Assembly (NCBI RefSeq): GCF_009914755.1
Contig: NC_060925.1
Origin: the human T2T-CHM13v2.0 reference genome, Homo sapiens
Direction: 5' to 3' (one strand)
DNA length: 64,000 nt
Part shown: positions 14,830 to 30,400 of the stretch, piece by piece
Layout: each line of letters begins with the position of its first letter
How positions within the stretch are numbered: position 1 is the first letter of the stretch
Notes under the pieces: model-generated
The model's database searches: none
What the model saw: the letters and a program-made list of their open reading frames with translations, nothing else
Told to the model about the DNA's origin: nothing
Position numbers and translations under genes: made by a program

Positions 14830-15500
14830 TTTTTTCTGATTACAAAAGTAATGTATGTTTATTATAATAAGGAAACTAGAAACCTCAAAAAAGAAAACAA
14901 AAGTAACTCTTAAATTCCTACCACTAAGAAATCACCACTCTAAGTGTTGTTATGTATTTTTCTAATCTTTTCTAGTTTTACAAAATTGGGATTGCATTAT
15001 AAATCCTGTTTTGTAACTTATTCACTTAAACATATGTTGTAAACATTTCCACATGTATTATTGTTCTATAGCATTATAATACGTTCTATTGATGTAGCTC
15101 CCATTCTTGGACATTTACTTCACTTCTAAATTTTTGTGATAAAAAATGCCATATCACATTACTTTGTATATGATCTAATGCACACACCTTTCATTATTTT
15201 TTCCTAGAAATAACATTGCTGGGTCAAAGACTACCATTTATACCACTAAAATGCCTTTGAGAAAAACGGTACCAATTTAAAATACCACCAATAGCATATA
15301 TGAATGTTTATTTCACATTTTTTTGTCTTGACAATTTGATGTGGTATCCTATTGTAATTTGCAATCCTTTGATTCTAATGAGCCTGAGCATTTTTAAAAA
15401 TGTTTATCAGTCATTTTCATTTTTCTTTTATAATCTGCCATTTTCTTATTAAGGTGTTCTCTGCCCATTTTTCTATTAAGGTATTCATTATGGAATATAA
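14830..15500 (-). mobile_element. Old L1ME fragment
   Basis: AT-rich reverse L1 3' motifs (ctgattacaaaagtaatgtatg; attgctgggtcaaag). Confidence 0.6.
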
Positions 15501-18500
15501 CCTATGTGTGGCCTCTGTCATGAGTAAGCATGAATTTTTACATCTGATAGTGGGGAAAGGGGTGGAAGGAGCCCTAAATTAGCAATCACAAGATTCTCTT
15601 TCTATTCCTGGCTCCTGCATTACCAAAGAGGTAACTCTGGACAACCTGGTTAACCTCTCTGGCCCTCTGTTTTCCCTTCTATAAAATGAAAAGCTTCAGC
15701 TAAAACATTTCTAAAGTCTTTTCCAACCTCTGCCATTCTATGATTCTACATGATCTTCTGCCTGGCTTCTAGAGTCCATATTAGCTTCAAACATCCCTCC
15801 CTTTAGTGTATGGCTGGTTGGCTAGAAGATAATGAGCAAGTTCTCCTCGGGGACCCAGATGCTCTACAAAATGGACGGGTTCAGGGGATCTTGCCAGTCT
15901 TAAATTTATCATTCCAGGGTCTCTCATCCAATGACCTCAACTGCTGGAAGAAGCCACAAGAGGGAATGCCTTTCATCTGTGATCTCACATACCAGCCTGT
16001 CCTTTCCATTGAGAGGAAAGCTGAGCTCCACTGAAGCAACAGAGGCCCAAGGAGGTGAAGTGAGGCAACATGACTCACTCTGAGCCCCAGAGTCAGCAAC
16101 AGGGTCAGGAAGTGACCATGAGTATCACTTCCCACCGCCCTGCCCTCCTGCCTCCGGGCCATCTCCCCCTGCCAGCCTATCGTTTCTTAACTCCTCCTTA
16201 TGTTTGAATGGCAGAGGTTAAAGGAGAAAGCTCCTATTCCTCTACCCTGTTGCTTACCCATGACTTAAATAACCTAGCCCCAGAGTGGGGGATGGGGGAA
16301 GAAGAGGAGGGAAAAGTGTAACCAAAAAAAACAGCAATTAAGCCCAGGCAGATGTTTCCTTTCATGTACTGATGAGTTGGGAGGACCACTCAACTATTAT
16401 CCCTGTTTATTTGAACAGGCTGCTGAAGTGATCTGACTTACTGCTCCCTCTGGCTGAGGGTTGGGCTGGGAATACATGTGTAGCGAGCCCACTTAAAATG
16501 TGCAATACAGCCTCTAGCAATCAGGAGAAATTCTGACACTAGGCCAGAGGCAGGAAATTGCCAGTGTCTCTCCTTTCACAGATGATAAAAGGCCATTCGT
16601 TCTCTGTTTCAGAAACCTTAACTGTGTGCCTTTGGGGGAAAGCGTGGCCCCAGGAAGGGCTTCCGTGCTGGCCACTGCAGTGGGGTTGACAGAGCTGGTA
16701 AGCCACAAGGGGGCCCCACCCAAAGACAAGGGGGACATTTATTCCTGGGAACAACAAAACCTGATGAGGCCGAGTACATGACAATGAAGACTGTAGAGCT
16801 TTTCCGTTCTCTATAAAAAGGCAAGGGGTTTCTAGACAGGGAAGAAAAAGAATTTACAGAGCAGTCTTTGTGTACTAACATACAGCCTGCATCTCTTTTC
16901 TTTAAAATTTCTTGGAAGAGAATGAGTCATCTCAACATTGCAGGAAACCAAATAGAAGTTGGGGGAAAAAATTACTTTGGACAAAGTTTTTCTCTTAAAT
17001 GTTTGCATAGTAATCTTTGCCTGGAAAAAAAAAAGATGCCTAAATTTAGAATAGAGATGTGGTACAGTTAACAATGCTGGTTCTATCGGATGGGAAGTGT
17101 GATGGTGTGCTCAGGCTGGGATCTCTTATTTTGAAACTCACCACAACCATTTGGCCAGAGTGCTTCACTGGCCTCCACTCTGACTGCTGCCGAGGGGCTG
17201 ATCAGAAGACAATGAGATTGCAACAGCTTCTACCAGTTGTATGCTGACAAAATGGGTAGGAAAGCTTCCTTTTTCCAACAGATAACAGCATTGGAAACAG
17301 AACTGAAATGCACTGTGTCATCTCATCTCCCCAAGACAAGACTGTAATGTTCCAAAGCCTCCTTGCTCACAGAAAGGATGTAACAGCAGATATGTACGGA
17401 AACATAAGGATCCTAGGCATCCGGGATGCCTGGCCACTGGGCTGGTCACTCTTCCTTAGACCTCTTTAAATCAGTACATTTCCTGAGCTTGGATGGGTTT
17501 GTCTATTAGCGTTTCCCAAAGAACACCAATTATGAAAGAGGTTTCAGACCTGTTCTCAATAGGGAGGTTACTTGTTACCGATTCTCTAGTTATTTAGATC
17601 AGCACTCATGTGCTTTCCAAGTTGGGGGTGGGACTGTTGTTAATTGGTTATCTACATTTCAAAGCTGTATTTTTTGACAGGCACAAAAGTACCCCCTATT
17701 TGTAAGAAAGAAGAATAAAAAGAGGAAGGCATGTCTCTGCCATGTGGCGAGAGCTCATTTCAGCCCCATCCCAAGGCTGAGCCTGTCAGCAGGTAGGAAC
17801 AGTAGGGCCATTTAGTTCTCTGCCATTTAGCCTGTGTCAGCAGTTTTCCAAAAAAGAATCCAGTTTTCAAGGGCACATATCTCCCCAACAACCACTACTA
17901 TCCCCTCCCCACCCTAAAGATTGTTCAGAGACCAACTGTTAAAAAAAAAATCCAGTTTAAAACTGAATTTATGTTACAGATTTCAGAGGAAAGGAACATG
18001 ACCCTGTATTAAGCTCTGGCAGCAGAAGCACCACCATACATAAGGTGGTGGTTTCAGGGGCATTCACTAACCACTTCAAAGAGGCCACATTTCAGGAGCT
18101 GGCACTTTGCCTGAAATGCTTTTGGTGGGGAGGAGAGGGCTAAAAGGAATGACTGTTTGGTAGCAGGGCCAGTGCTAGGTGATGGTGGGCACTGTGTCTG
18201 GTCCTCTCTCTCAGCTAACTTGGGCCACCAAAATAGGTGGTACAGTGTGAGGCTGTATGCCGAGGCTCTGGGGGTTCAGGGGGTGATGATCCAGCAGGTC
18301 AGAGCTCAGAAATGACTTCTAGATTTCCCCTCCACCATACTACCTGCATATATGCAAGCAGGGCTCTTTCTATTCAGCATTCATTCATCGGTGAGGATAC
18401 CATGAGACGGCTCTGAGAAAGACTGAACTCCAGTTAGGACCTTAAACTATGAGAAGCCCAAGGATGTATAAAACACAAATATACTTAATTGCAAAACTTT

Positions 18501-18641
18501 TATAGAGAGGTAGGCTAGGAGATACCACAACAGGGACACCAGAGGTGCTTTTGCCTTCTGAAGATAGGTAGACTAGGATGTTCAAAAAATACATTTTTTA
18601 TTGCAATACAGCATAATAGGTGTCTATAATAAAAGTACTTA

Positions 18642-18961
18642 TGTGTCCGGAGTTGGTTCCTTCTGGTGGGTTCTTGGTCTCACTGACTTCAAGAATGAAG
18701 CTGTGGACCTTCGCGGTGAGTGTTACAGCTCTTAAGAGTGCTGACTGGTGCATTTACAATCCTTTAGCTAGACACAGAGCACTGATTGGTGCATTTTTAC
18801 AGAGTGCTGATTGGTGCATTTACAATCCTTTAGCTAGACACAGAGCGCTGATTGGTGCGTTTTTACAGAGTGCTGATTGGTGCATTTACAATCCTCTAGC
18901 TAGACAGAAAAGTTCTCCAAGTCCCCACTCCACTGAGGAAGTCCAGCTGGCTTCACCTCTA
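18642..18961 (-). mobile_element. Solo LTR12 (ERV9; LTR12F-like) with an internal deletion
   Basis: The reverse strand begins AGAGGTGAAGCCAGCTGGACTTCCT, has repeated CACCAATCAGC units, and ends GGAACCAACTCCGGACACA. 4-bp TSD ctta. Confidence 0.88.
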
Positions 18962-18999
18962 CTTATGTGCTGTCCACTATGATATTTCCTATTTTTTTA

Positions 19000-19447
19000 T
19001 CTTCTTTTTTTCTTTTCTTTCTTTCTTTTTAGATACAAGGTCTTGCTCTATTGCCCAGGCTAGAATGCAGTGGCCTGATCATAGCTCACTGCAGCCTTGA
19101 ACTCTTGGGCTCAACTGTCACGTGATCCTCCTCCCTCAGCTTCCCATGTAGCTGGGACGACAGATGTGTACAAACACGCTGGTTAATTTTTGTAATTTTT
19201 GTAGAGATGGGATCTCACTGAGTTTGCTCAGGCTGGTCTCAAACTCCTGGCTTCAAACAATCCTCCTGCCTCAGCTTCCCAAGTAGCTGGTAACAGGCAT
19301 GCTTGGCTAATTTTTAAAAAAATTGTTTTCAGATATGGAGTCTCGTGATGTTTCCCCAGGCTGGTCTCAAACTCCTGGCCTAAAGATCCCTCCACCTCAG
19401 CCTCTTAGAGTAGCTGGGATTATATTCTCGAGCGACTGTGCCTGGCC
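19000..19447 (-). mobile_element. AluJ with an extra monomer (three arms)
   Basis: Three diverged reverse Alu arms separated by T-rich linkers. Confidence 0.75.
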
Positions 19448-20017
19448 TTTTCTATTTTTTTATATTGGTCATAACTCACTACATTTATTTTACAACTCAT
19501 TAATGAGTCATTATACACAGGTTTAAGAAGACTGGTTACATACAAAAGTCTGTACTTGAGGAATTAATAAAGAAAATAGTGGTTTAAGGACTGGAGCCCA
19601 CTAACTTAGTTAGACAGGAGCTAAAATAACTTGCCGTCTTGAAGTGGCTGATCAGATGTTTCAAAGCAGGTTCAATTATTGAATGCTGGCAAGGGAGAAA
19701 TGGCTGGATTTTAGGGAGTAAGCAATAAAGAGTCCATCAGCAAATATTTATAGAACATTTATTAAGTGTCAGGCACTTGTGGTCTGAATGCAAAACAGAA
19801 AGTTTAAAAGTTTACAACCTGTTGAGAAAGATGGACATTAATCTAACGTCTGGGCCCATCAGAATGCAATTCTTCCAATCTCAAAGGTATTACTAGAAAT
19901 GGAATATCTTAAGTTAGTTTTTTTAGTTTAAGATCAATTTTTTTTCCTGTCCCAGCCAAGAGGTTTCCACACCATAACCTAATTCCACAGCAAGCTAGAT
20001 ATTGAATCTAGCTTGCC

Positions 20018-20049
<32 letters not shown>

Positions 20050-20769
20050 ATTTCAAAAAATCCAGCTATTACATAGTAAATTCTTTTTCTTTGGGTTTGT
20101 CTTTCTAAGTTACTAATGGATATTTCAGGTTATAATGATCCAGCTTCAGTATTAGTGACTCCCAAAGCAGTCACATTCCATTTTTAAAGAACCCCTTGAG
20201 CTTGTAAGCACCATAAAAAACAATTTCACCAGAAGCTCCTTCACTCAGGAGTTAATGGATATAAACTATCCTAGTGACAAGTTATATTTTAAAAGAAAAT
20301 GTCAGAAACTTGACTAGTCTAAGGCCCAATACCTGTTTCAGGATTCCTCTTCTGGAATATGAATAGTTTTTGAATTTGATTCCTGTTTAATTATCTGAAA
20401 AACTTAGTCTAAAAAAATCTCAAAGCAACTACAATATGAAACCATCTAAAGCTAATGGAAGAGATAGGTTTTACCTTTTTAAGCATTTTTCTGAATCCTC
20501 TGTGGTACCCAGCCCATTGCTTTGTGCACAGTGGCCATAAAATAATCAGTTGCTGAATCAATGAGATCAAAGTTTAAATACTATGCTTTCACATAATGAC
20601 AAGAACTAAACAATATAGCTGCATTTCATCATATAAATTATTAAAAGTGGAAACTCCATCAGAGGTTAGCCACAATGAGCTCCCTTTGGTTATGGTTCAC
20701 CAATGAGCCCTAAAAGTTGAAATGACTTTTCCAGGGTCAGTAGCCTATCAAGGACCACATGCAGTATTA

Positions 20770-20975
20770 AAAGAGAGCTGAACATGCAGGCTCTGGAGCA
20801 GGAATTGAATCCTACTTCTACTCCCCAATTGATGACCTTGGGTAAATTATATTTAAACCCTCTATGCTTCAGCTTCCACATCTGTAAAATAGGATAATAA
20901 GAATAGTGAGATAATCCACATAAAGTGCTTTAAACAGAATCTAGCACCTAGCCTGTTCAATAAATGTTGGCTAAT
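20770..20975 (+). mobile_element. MIR
   Basis: MIR core: gaccttgggtaaattatatttaaaccctctatgcttcagcttccacatctgtaaaatagg. Confidence 0.75.
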
Positions 20976-23206
20976 ATTAATATTAGAATCCAGCCCCCTC
21001 AACACTCACTTGAGTGTTCTTTCCGCTGCACTATGCTGCCTCCTTACGTACTCTCAAACATGTTAAAGATGCTATGTGGAATTGCGAAGGTCCTGGAAAC
21101 TACTTCCCAGGCAGGATTGTAGCTGAATTCCTCCAATGGGCTCTGTGGGCCCGAAGGGAAGAACGTTCTCTGTTTTTCCTTATGCCTGCTGTTGCATAAT
21201 CTTTTTCTTCCCCAGTTTCAGTAAGAACTAAATGACTCTGTAAGAAATAATTCAGCTTTCCTGAGGAAAGAAAACAAAAAAACAAAACTCCCAAAACGAA
21301 ACAAAGAAAGATGATAAAAAGTGCTTAGCAGAAAGGAAGAAATGATGAAGGTAGGGGTGGCAGAATGAAAATAAGGAGGATACAATTACCTTCTATTCCT
21401 CCAGATAGATTAAACAGAAAAGATCCTTCTTGGCTGTACAACTAGGATATGGTTCGACTGTGGGCATAAAGGAAACATCCAAAGGAAGGGGCTCCCCACT
21501 ACCTAGGTCACAGAATACCAAAACCACCCATCAAGTTCTGGTTCAGTGAAATCCAGGACCTCTCTCCTCTAGGACAGAAATGGCTTTCTGAAAGCCATTT
21601 CCTTACGGCTTTTCTAGAAGCTCTGGAATGTGTGAGCAGTAACACTTGATAACCCACAAGTAATGCTAGTGGCCCTGGGAGGAAATCCATTCCTTGGCAT
21701 GATGTGAACTTCGTGGACTCAGCTCCTACCCTCTGTGAATGCTCACTAACAAAGCTCACTTTGGTCCCTGACCAAAGTCTCTTGTCAGGGACAGGCATAC
21801 TCGGGACAAGGGTGGGAGTTCAGGGGAGTTCAGGGTGGGGTCAGGAAGAGGATAACGGCCCTCTGCTCTCCCAGTCTGAAACACAGTCCTATAATAATCT
21901 GAATGTTCTTCCATGGTTGTTCCAATCTCTTTGAATGACCTATCCTAATACTAAGAAAATAAACTCAAAACAACATCCCTTAAAACAGACAATCAAATCT
22001 AAGCTTTCATTTCTTAAACTACCACTGTGATCTTTGTCTTGGCAAATTTCCATCTTTTACCCTTTTGGATAATGATTTGGCTGGGGGCGTAATGTCTTCA
22101 GGCCCTGATCTCTCATGCCAAAGCATTTCTTGAGGTCATTCTGAAGATGAGTGATCACCCCATTTCCCAAGCAGGACACTAAAAGCACAGAGTAGAAATG
22201 GTATCTAGGTGACTGTGGGTAACCTTGAGTAGACTGGGACATAAGGGACAAAAGACACAAAAGCAAACAGGCAACACGAGAGCTCAAATCTCTCAGCAGC
22301 TGTAAAATGAACTAAGGAGGAAAAACAATCAATGGCTTGGAACTGGGAGAGAATCGGGGGAAAGAGCCAGAATGATAAGGTACTTGAAAACATATGCCCT
22401 TCTACAATAAGGAAATCTATGAGCTGGGGGATGGAAAGAATGCCTGTGTGGCTCCCAGATGGCTGAGCCAGGCGGAGGCTGGAAGAACAGGAGTTAATAG
22501 AGCTCATCTGAAAGTTGGAAGTGTGAATGCCAAGAGGAGGAGGGCAGCCTGGTAGGAAGTAAAACAGTCAGCAGCACTCGTACAGGAAATGCCTGGGGCA
22601 CTGGGAAAATCGCTGATTAAATACTTTTAAGAAAGAGGAACCCAGCAGCAAAGCCAATTCATCGAGAGATCTGTGTAGTTTTAGAACACTGGGAGTAGCC
22701 TTTAGAATCGAGAGGAAGAGGCTCCAGTGAGTTATGAAGACAGCATTTTCTTGACACCTCAGGTGCCAGGGTTGGACCTAAGAGGAGCACAAAGCCAACT
22801 TTGGGAGAATGAGTAGAGCCCTTTACTGACAGAAATTAGAATGCATTGCCTAGGGACTGGGATGAAGATTTGAGCCTGTATCAGCTTTCGTCAGCTACAA
22901 TGGTGGTTTGAAGCCTCTTGTCTTTGTCCACAGTAAACACATGGGTAGCCATTCCCATTAGTCATGGCCTACATACAGTTGAAAAAAGAAAAATCAATAT
23001 TCTTGGGGGAGGATACCTTCCCTCTTGGCCAGTACCCCACTCCTACTGAAAAATCATGGAATTGTGAGAAAAAGAAGGTAGACTTTGGAAATGGAGATTT
23101 CCAATCTCCAGCTCTAATTTCTCCCCTAAGCTCTTCGATTTTTCCTCCCCATTTCAGGTTTAAACTTTGTAAATGTTCCACGTACACTTGAAAAGAATGT
23201 GTATCT

Positions 23207-23544
<338 letters not shown>

Positions 23545-23694
23545 TCATTTAGGTCAAGTTTGTTGTATTTTTACTGACTTTTTTGGTCTAGTTGTTTAAT
23601 CATTCACTGAGACAGGTGTGTTAAATCTCTCATTAGGGTGATGATTTATCTAGTTCCCATTTTAATTCTGTCCCATTTGATTTACATATTTTAA

Positions 23695-24570
<876 letters not shown>

Positions 24571-25326
24571 CTACCTGGCCTGATTTTATTGTAGCTATCT
24601 TTTCCTATCACTTTGCTTTAAATCTTTCTTTATCCTTATATTTAAAGTGTATCTGTTCTCTTACAAGCAACATACACTCTAGTTTTGCTTTTTAAAAATC
24701 TGTCTTTAATTTGCATAAGTCAATTTACACCTTATATTATGGTTTAAACCCACCAACTTGCTAATTGCTTTCTATTTGTCCTGCCTCTTCTATTTTCCTC
24801 TTTCCTCTCCTTTCCTACCTTCTTTTTTTCTTCCATTTACAAAACATTCAGAAAATTCACTCTTGTTGGCATACAGTTCCATGTGCTTTGGCAAATGCAC
24901 AGAGTTGTCTAACCATCACCACAATTAAGACACAGAACAGTTCCATCACCCACCAAAAACCTCTTGTATCCTGCACCTTTAGAGTCAAACTCTCCGCTAC
25001 CCTTAACCACTGGAAGCCATTGATTTGTTCTGTATCTCTATAGTTTTGCCCTCCCCAGAATTTTTCTTTCCTTCTTTTGAGTTACTTTTTTATTAACTGA
25101 ATTTGTCCCTTTCTTAGATTGGTACAATACTATTCTTTGAGTGGTTACCAAAAATTACAACATATATCCTTGAATTGCCAACACCTAATACAAATTACTA
25201 CTTTTACCACTTTCTGAAAATATCTTTAAACCCATTTCCCTACCCCCACCCAGACACAGATTCTATTGTTGATTTCATTGTTGCCATTTATATTAATTTT
25301 ATACATATTTAAAACCCCACAGGGTT

Positions 25327-25632
25327 GGCCTGGTGTGGTGGCTCATGCCTGTAACCGCAGCACTTTGGAAGGCCAAGGCAGGAAGATCACTTGAAGCCAG
25401 GAGTTCAAGACCAGGCTGGGCAACAGATAGACCCTCTCTTTACAAAAAATAAAAAATAAGCCAGGCATGGTGGCACACACCTCTTGTCCCAGCTGTTATA
25501 CTTGGGACGCTGAGGTGGGAGGATCATTTGAGCCCAGGAGTTCAAGGCTGCAGTGAGCTATAATTGTGCCACCGCAGTCCAGGCTGGGCAGCAGAGCAAG
25601 ACTCTGTCCCTCCCACCCACACATCTAAAAAA
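25327..25632 (+). mobile_element. AluJ
   Basis: Diverged dimer with the J-type motif ttgagcccaggagttcaaggctgcagtgagct. Confidence 0.85.
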
Positions 25633-25687
25633 GGAAAACCCCACAGATGATTATTAGTGTTGTTTTTAACAGTGATTATTCACTTAG

Positions 25688-26001
<314 letters not shown>

Positions 26002-27131
26002 AATCTATATTCTTATATATAGTTGCTGTTGCTCCTCATTCTTTACTGCATTTCTAAGATTCTATTTGGGATCATTTTCCTTCTGCCTAAATAATGCCAT
26101 TTAGTATTTCTTTTAGTGCAAGTCTGCTGGTGATATATTTTCTCATATTTTTCTTGTCTGAAAACATCTTTAGTTCACCTTCATTTTTGAAGGGTATTCC
26201 TTTCTACACTTTCATTCCACTGTCATCTGCTTTCCATTGCTTTTGTCCAGAAGTCAGCTGTCAACCATGCTGTTGCTCCACTGAAGATAATACGTCTTTT
26301 TTACCTCTAGCTGTTTGTATTTTCTTTGTATTTCTCCTGTTTGGGGCTCATAATGCTTCAGTCTGTGGCTTGAAGTCTTTTATAGTTTAGGGAAATTCAC
26401 AGCCATTATCTCTTCAAATATTGCTTCTATCCCATTCTCTTTGTTCTCTTCTTCTGAGACTTCAAGTAGAAGCATGTTAGGCCTACTTACCCTATCCCAT
26501 AAGTCTCTTATGCTCTTTTCTGTATTTTCCATCTGTTTATCTCTCTGAGCTTCAGTATGCATTGTTTTCTGACGTTTCAGTTCATTAATTATTTATTCAG
26601 CACCATCTAATCTGCTACTTGATCTACACATTGAGCTCTTTTAGTTACTGCATTTTTTGTACTAAAATTTGTTTGATTTTTTAAATTATTGAGATATAAT
26701 TCACACACTGTACAATTCACCACTACAAGGTACACAATTCAGTGGCTATTAGTATATTTGCAAGGTTGTACAACCACCACCACTAAGTCCCGAATATTTA
26801 ATCATGCCAAAAGAAAACTCAAACCTGTTAGTAGTCACTCCCCATCTCTCCTTCCCCCAGCTCCTAGCAACCACTAATCTACTTTCTGTCTCTATAGATT
26901 TGCATACTCTGGACATTTACTATAAATGGAATCATATAATATGTGGCCTTTTATGTTTAGCTTCTTTCACTTATAATGTTTTCAGGGTATATCCATATTG
27001 TAGCATGTATCAGCACTTCCTTCTTTTTTATGACTAAATACTACTCTATTGTATGGACATGACACATTTTGTTTAAATTGTATAGGTATGCCATACTTTG
27101 TTTAAGTTTGTTCCATAAATCACTTCATTAA

Positions 27132-27482
<351 letters not shown>

Positions 27483-30400
27483 GGTTATTTTGAATAATGC
27501 TGTTATGAACATTTGTGTATAAGTTCTTGTGTGAGCATATGTTTTCAATTCTCTTGGGTATACACCTAGATGTGGAATTGATGGGTCACAGGTTAATTCT
27601 ATGCTTAAGTTTTGGAGGAATTTTCAGTTTTCCATAGCATCTGCACCATTTTACAATCTCACCAGCAATGTATGAGGGTTCTGATTCCTCCATACCCTCT
27701 CCAAAACTCTTCTTTCCTTTTCTTTCTTCCTTTTTAAAATTATAGCTATCCTAGTGGGTGTGAAGTGGTGTTTCATTGTGGTTTTGATTTGCAGTAGCCC
27801 AATAAATAACAGTGTCAAAAATGTGCTTGTTGGCCATTTGTGTATCTTCTGTGGAGAAATGCCTATTCAAGTCTTTTGCCCATTTTTAAACTGGACTGGT
27901 CATCTTTTTGTTGCTGAGTTGTAAGAATTCTTTATATATTCTGAAAATTAGACCTTGATGAGATATATGATTTGAAAATACCTTTTCTCATTCTATAGCT
28001 GTCTTTTCATTTTCTTGACAGTGTCCTCTCAAACACAGAGGTTTCTGACTTTGATGAAGTTCAATTTATTTATTTTTTCTTTTGTCGCTTGTGCTTTGGT
28101 GTCATATGTAAGAAATCATTGCCTAATCCAAGATCACGAAGACTTACACCTATATTTTCTTCTAAGAGTTTTATAGTTTTGGCTCTTGCATTTATGCCTT
28201 TGATCCATTTTGAGTTAATTTTTTTATTATTTCCAGGTTTGTTTTTATAATTTAATCTCATAAACATATTAAACATAGTTAATTTAAAGTTTGCATCTGT
28301 TAACACCATTACTAGGATCTCCTGTGGGTCTAGCTGTTTCTCTTAGCTTTTGGTCACAGTTCTTATTTCCTCATAGGCCTAATTATTTATAACTGAGTGC
28401 CAAACATCATAATGAAAAATGATGAGAGATATATTAGGTCTAGGATGATAGTATCTTCCACAGTATCTTCCTCTAGAGAGGATTTAAATTTGTTTCTAGC
28501 CACTGGCTATCCTAAATCACCTTAATCCAATTAGAGGTTAAGATAATTTGAATCCAGGCTTCAGTCTCTATGAAACTGCCTTAGTCTATTTCTGGCTTAT
28601 CTTTCCTTCTTAATTGTATCCCTTTGGTGTCTCAAAGCCTGGGGAATTTTACCAAGGCTACCCATCCTGGGCCCCTGGGCCTTAAATTTCCATATTTGTC
28701 CTGCTAGCCCTACAAGTCTATTAAACACTCTGCTCAGCTTTTTGACACTCAGTAATATTTTCTAAAATGGCAGAAGCCTCTTCAAGGAAAGCAGCTCCCA
28801 TGAAGCAAAAGGATTGGTCTGAATTTTCTTCTAGAAAAGCTTCCATTTCTAGAAGCACAACTCTAAGTTTAAATTTTGAAAACAGATTATCTTATGTTTA
28901 TTTGTAGCCCTCACCAGGCCCAGTGCAATTCTGGAAACCTAATAAGAATGGAAATATGCTTTGTTTGATACAATGAACAGATACTGGTGATAGTGAAGGC
29001 TTGCCACACTTACGTTTTAAGTTGTTCATTTCCCAGGACGTGGTAACCAAAGCATTCTGGTAAAACAAGAGAGAAGCAAGCCTGAGGTTTCAAGTATGGT
29101 TTCACATTACTTCCTTAGGGACTTTTCAAAAACCACACTCCATCAAACAGAAAAAGGAGGTTAAATCTACCTCAAATAAAGGACATCTCTGAAATTAGCT
29201 GAATGATTAAGAATCCAGATACTAATCTCAGAGATCCTCTGGTGACCACCAAATGGAGGAACTCTACAAGAAATTCTAAAAATTGGCACGTATAAAAGCT
29301 CTATATGGGGCCATCTGGGGTCTGAGAAAGATTTGGGCATCTAGTTCGTGAGACATGTGAAAATGTCAGCTTCACCAGCCACCTCAAATTCTGTAACAGC
29401 ACACTGGCTTTTCCTAAGTGACACTAGCATAAAAAAATTGAAAGAAGTAATCACTGACTTCGAATTCTCTTTCCAATAAGTGGCCATACGCTGTTCATTT
29501 CTCCTTCATGATATGTCTGGCATCTGTCTCCTTCTTTTCATTCCTCCTGTCACTGCTACCACATCTCAGGCTCTTATTACCCTGTCCTGGAATTAGAGGC
29601 CCAGTCTTTCAGAAATAGCAGCAATATTTTATCATTTCCCTATGAGTAGGTCTTCCATCGTTCCCTAGTGCTCTCAGAATGAAGTTCAAACTCCAAGTTT
29701 GGCATTCGAGGCTCTTTTCGGCTTTGTTTCAAGCTGCTCTCCTCATTAACACTCTGATTTAGCCAAACTATTTTTACTCACCACCCTCTGAAGAGTCCTC
29801 ACACATTCCGGTGCTCTCCTTCATCCTGAAGCCTGTTCTTCCATATGGAATATCCTTTGACTCCAGCTCCCCCTCCATGCTCACAAACTCCGTACTTTTT
29901 CATCTTTAATTACTGAAATCATTTTCATTCACTAAAAATCCAGCTCAAATTTCACCTCTCTACATCTCTCTGCACAAAAAGCACTTAGTACTTACAGACG
30001 CTAAAGCTTAGAGAGGTCAAAAAATTTGTCCATGAGAACAACTATTAATTGGTGAAGTTGGAATTGAACTCATAAACTCCTTCAATGCTATTTTGTCTTA
30101 TCTGTATTCTCCTAATCTTATACAATGCCTTGCATATAGTAAGCACCTAATAATTACAGAGCGAAGATAGGGGGAAGAAAGGCCATAAATTTTCACAGCA
30201 AGAAAGACATATACAAAAGAATATTCTTGATGTATCAGTTTTTAAATTCATCAGATATATTCTGCAGAAAAGGTTGTGATTCCATCTGTTAAAAAGAGAA
30301 TCATATAAGCAGAACTATAAAAATAAGCTGCTAGAATATTCTGGTTAAAGGAAAGAAATCTAAAACTCAATCAGCTTTAGATTTGCTTTAAATCCCATTT

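Noticed and set aside
18620-18982. 120-aa ORF with repeated SADWCIYNPLAR; the repeats look superficially like a CRISPR or tandem array
   Set aside because: It is the antisense reading of LTR12 CCAAT tandem repeats. There are no unique spacers and the context is eukaryotic.
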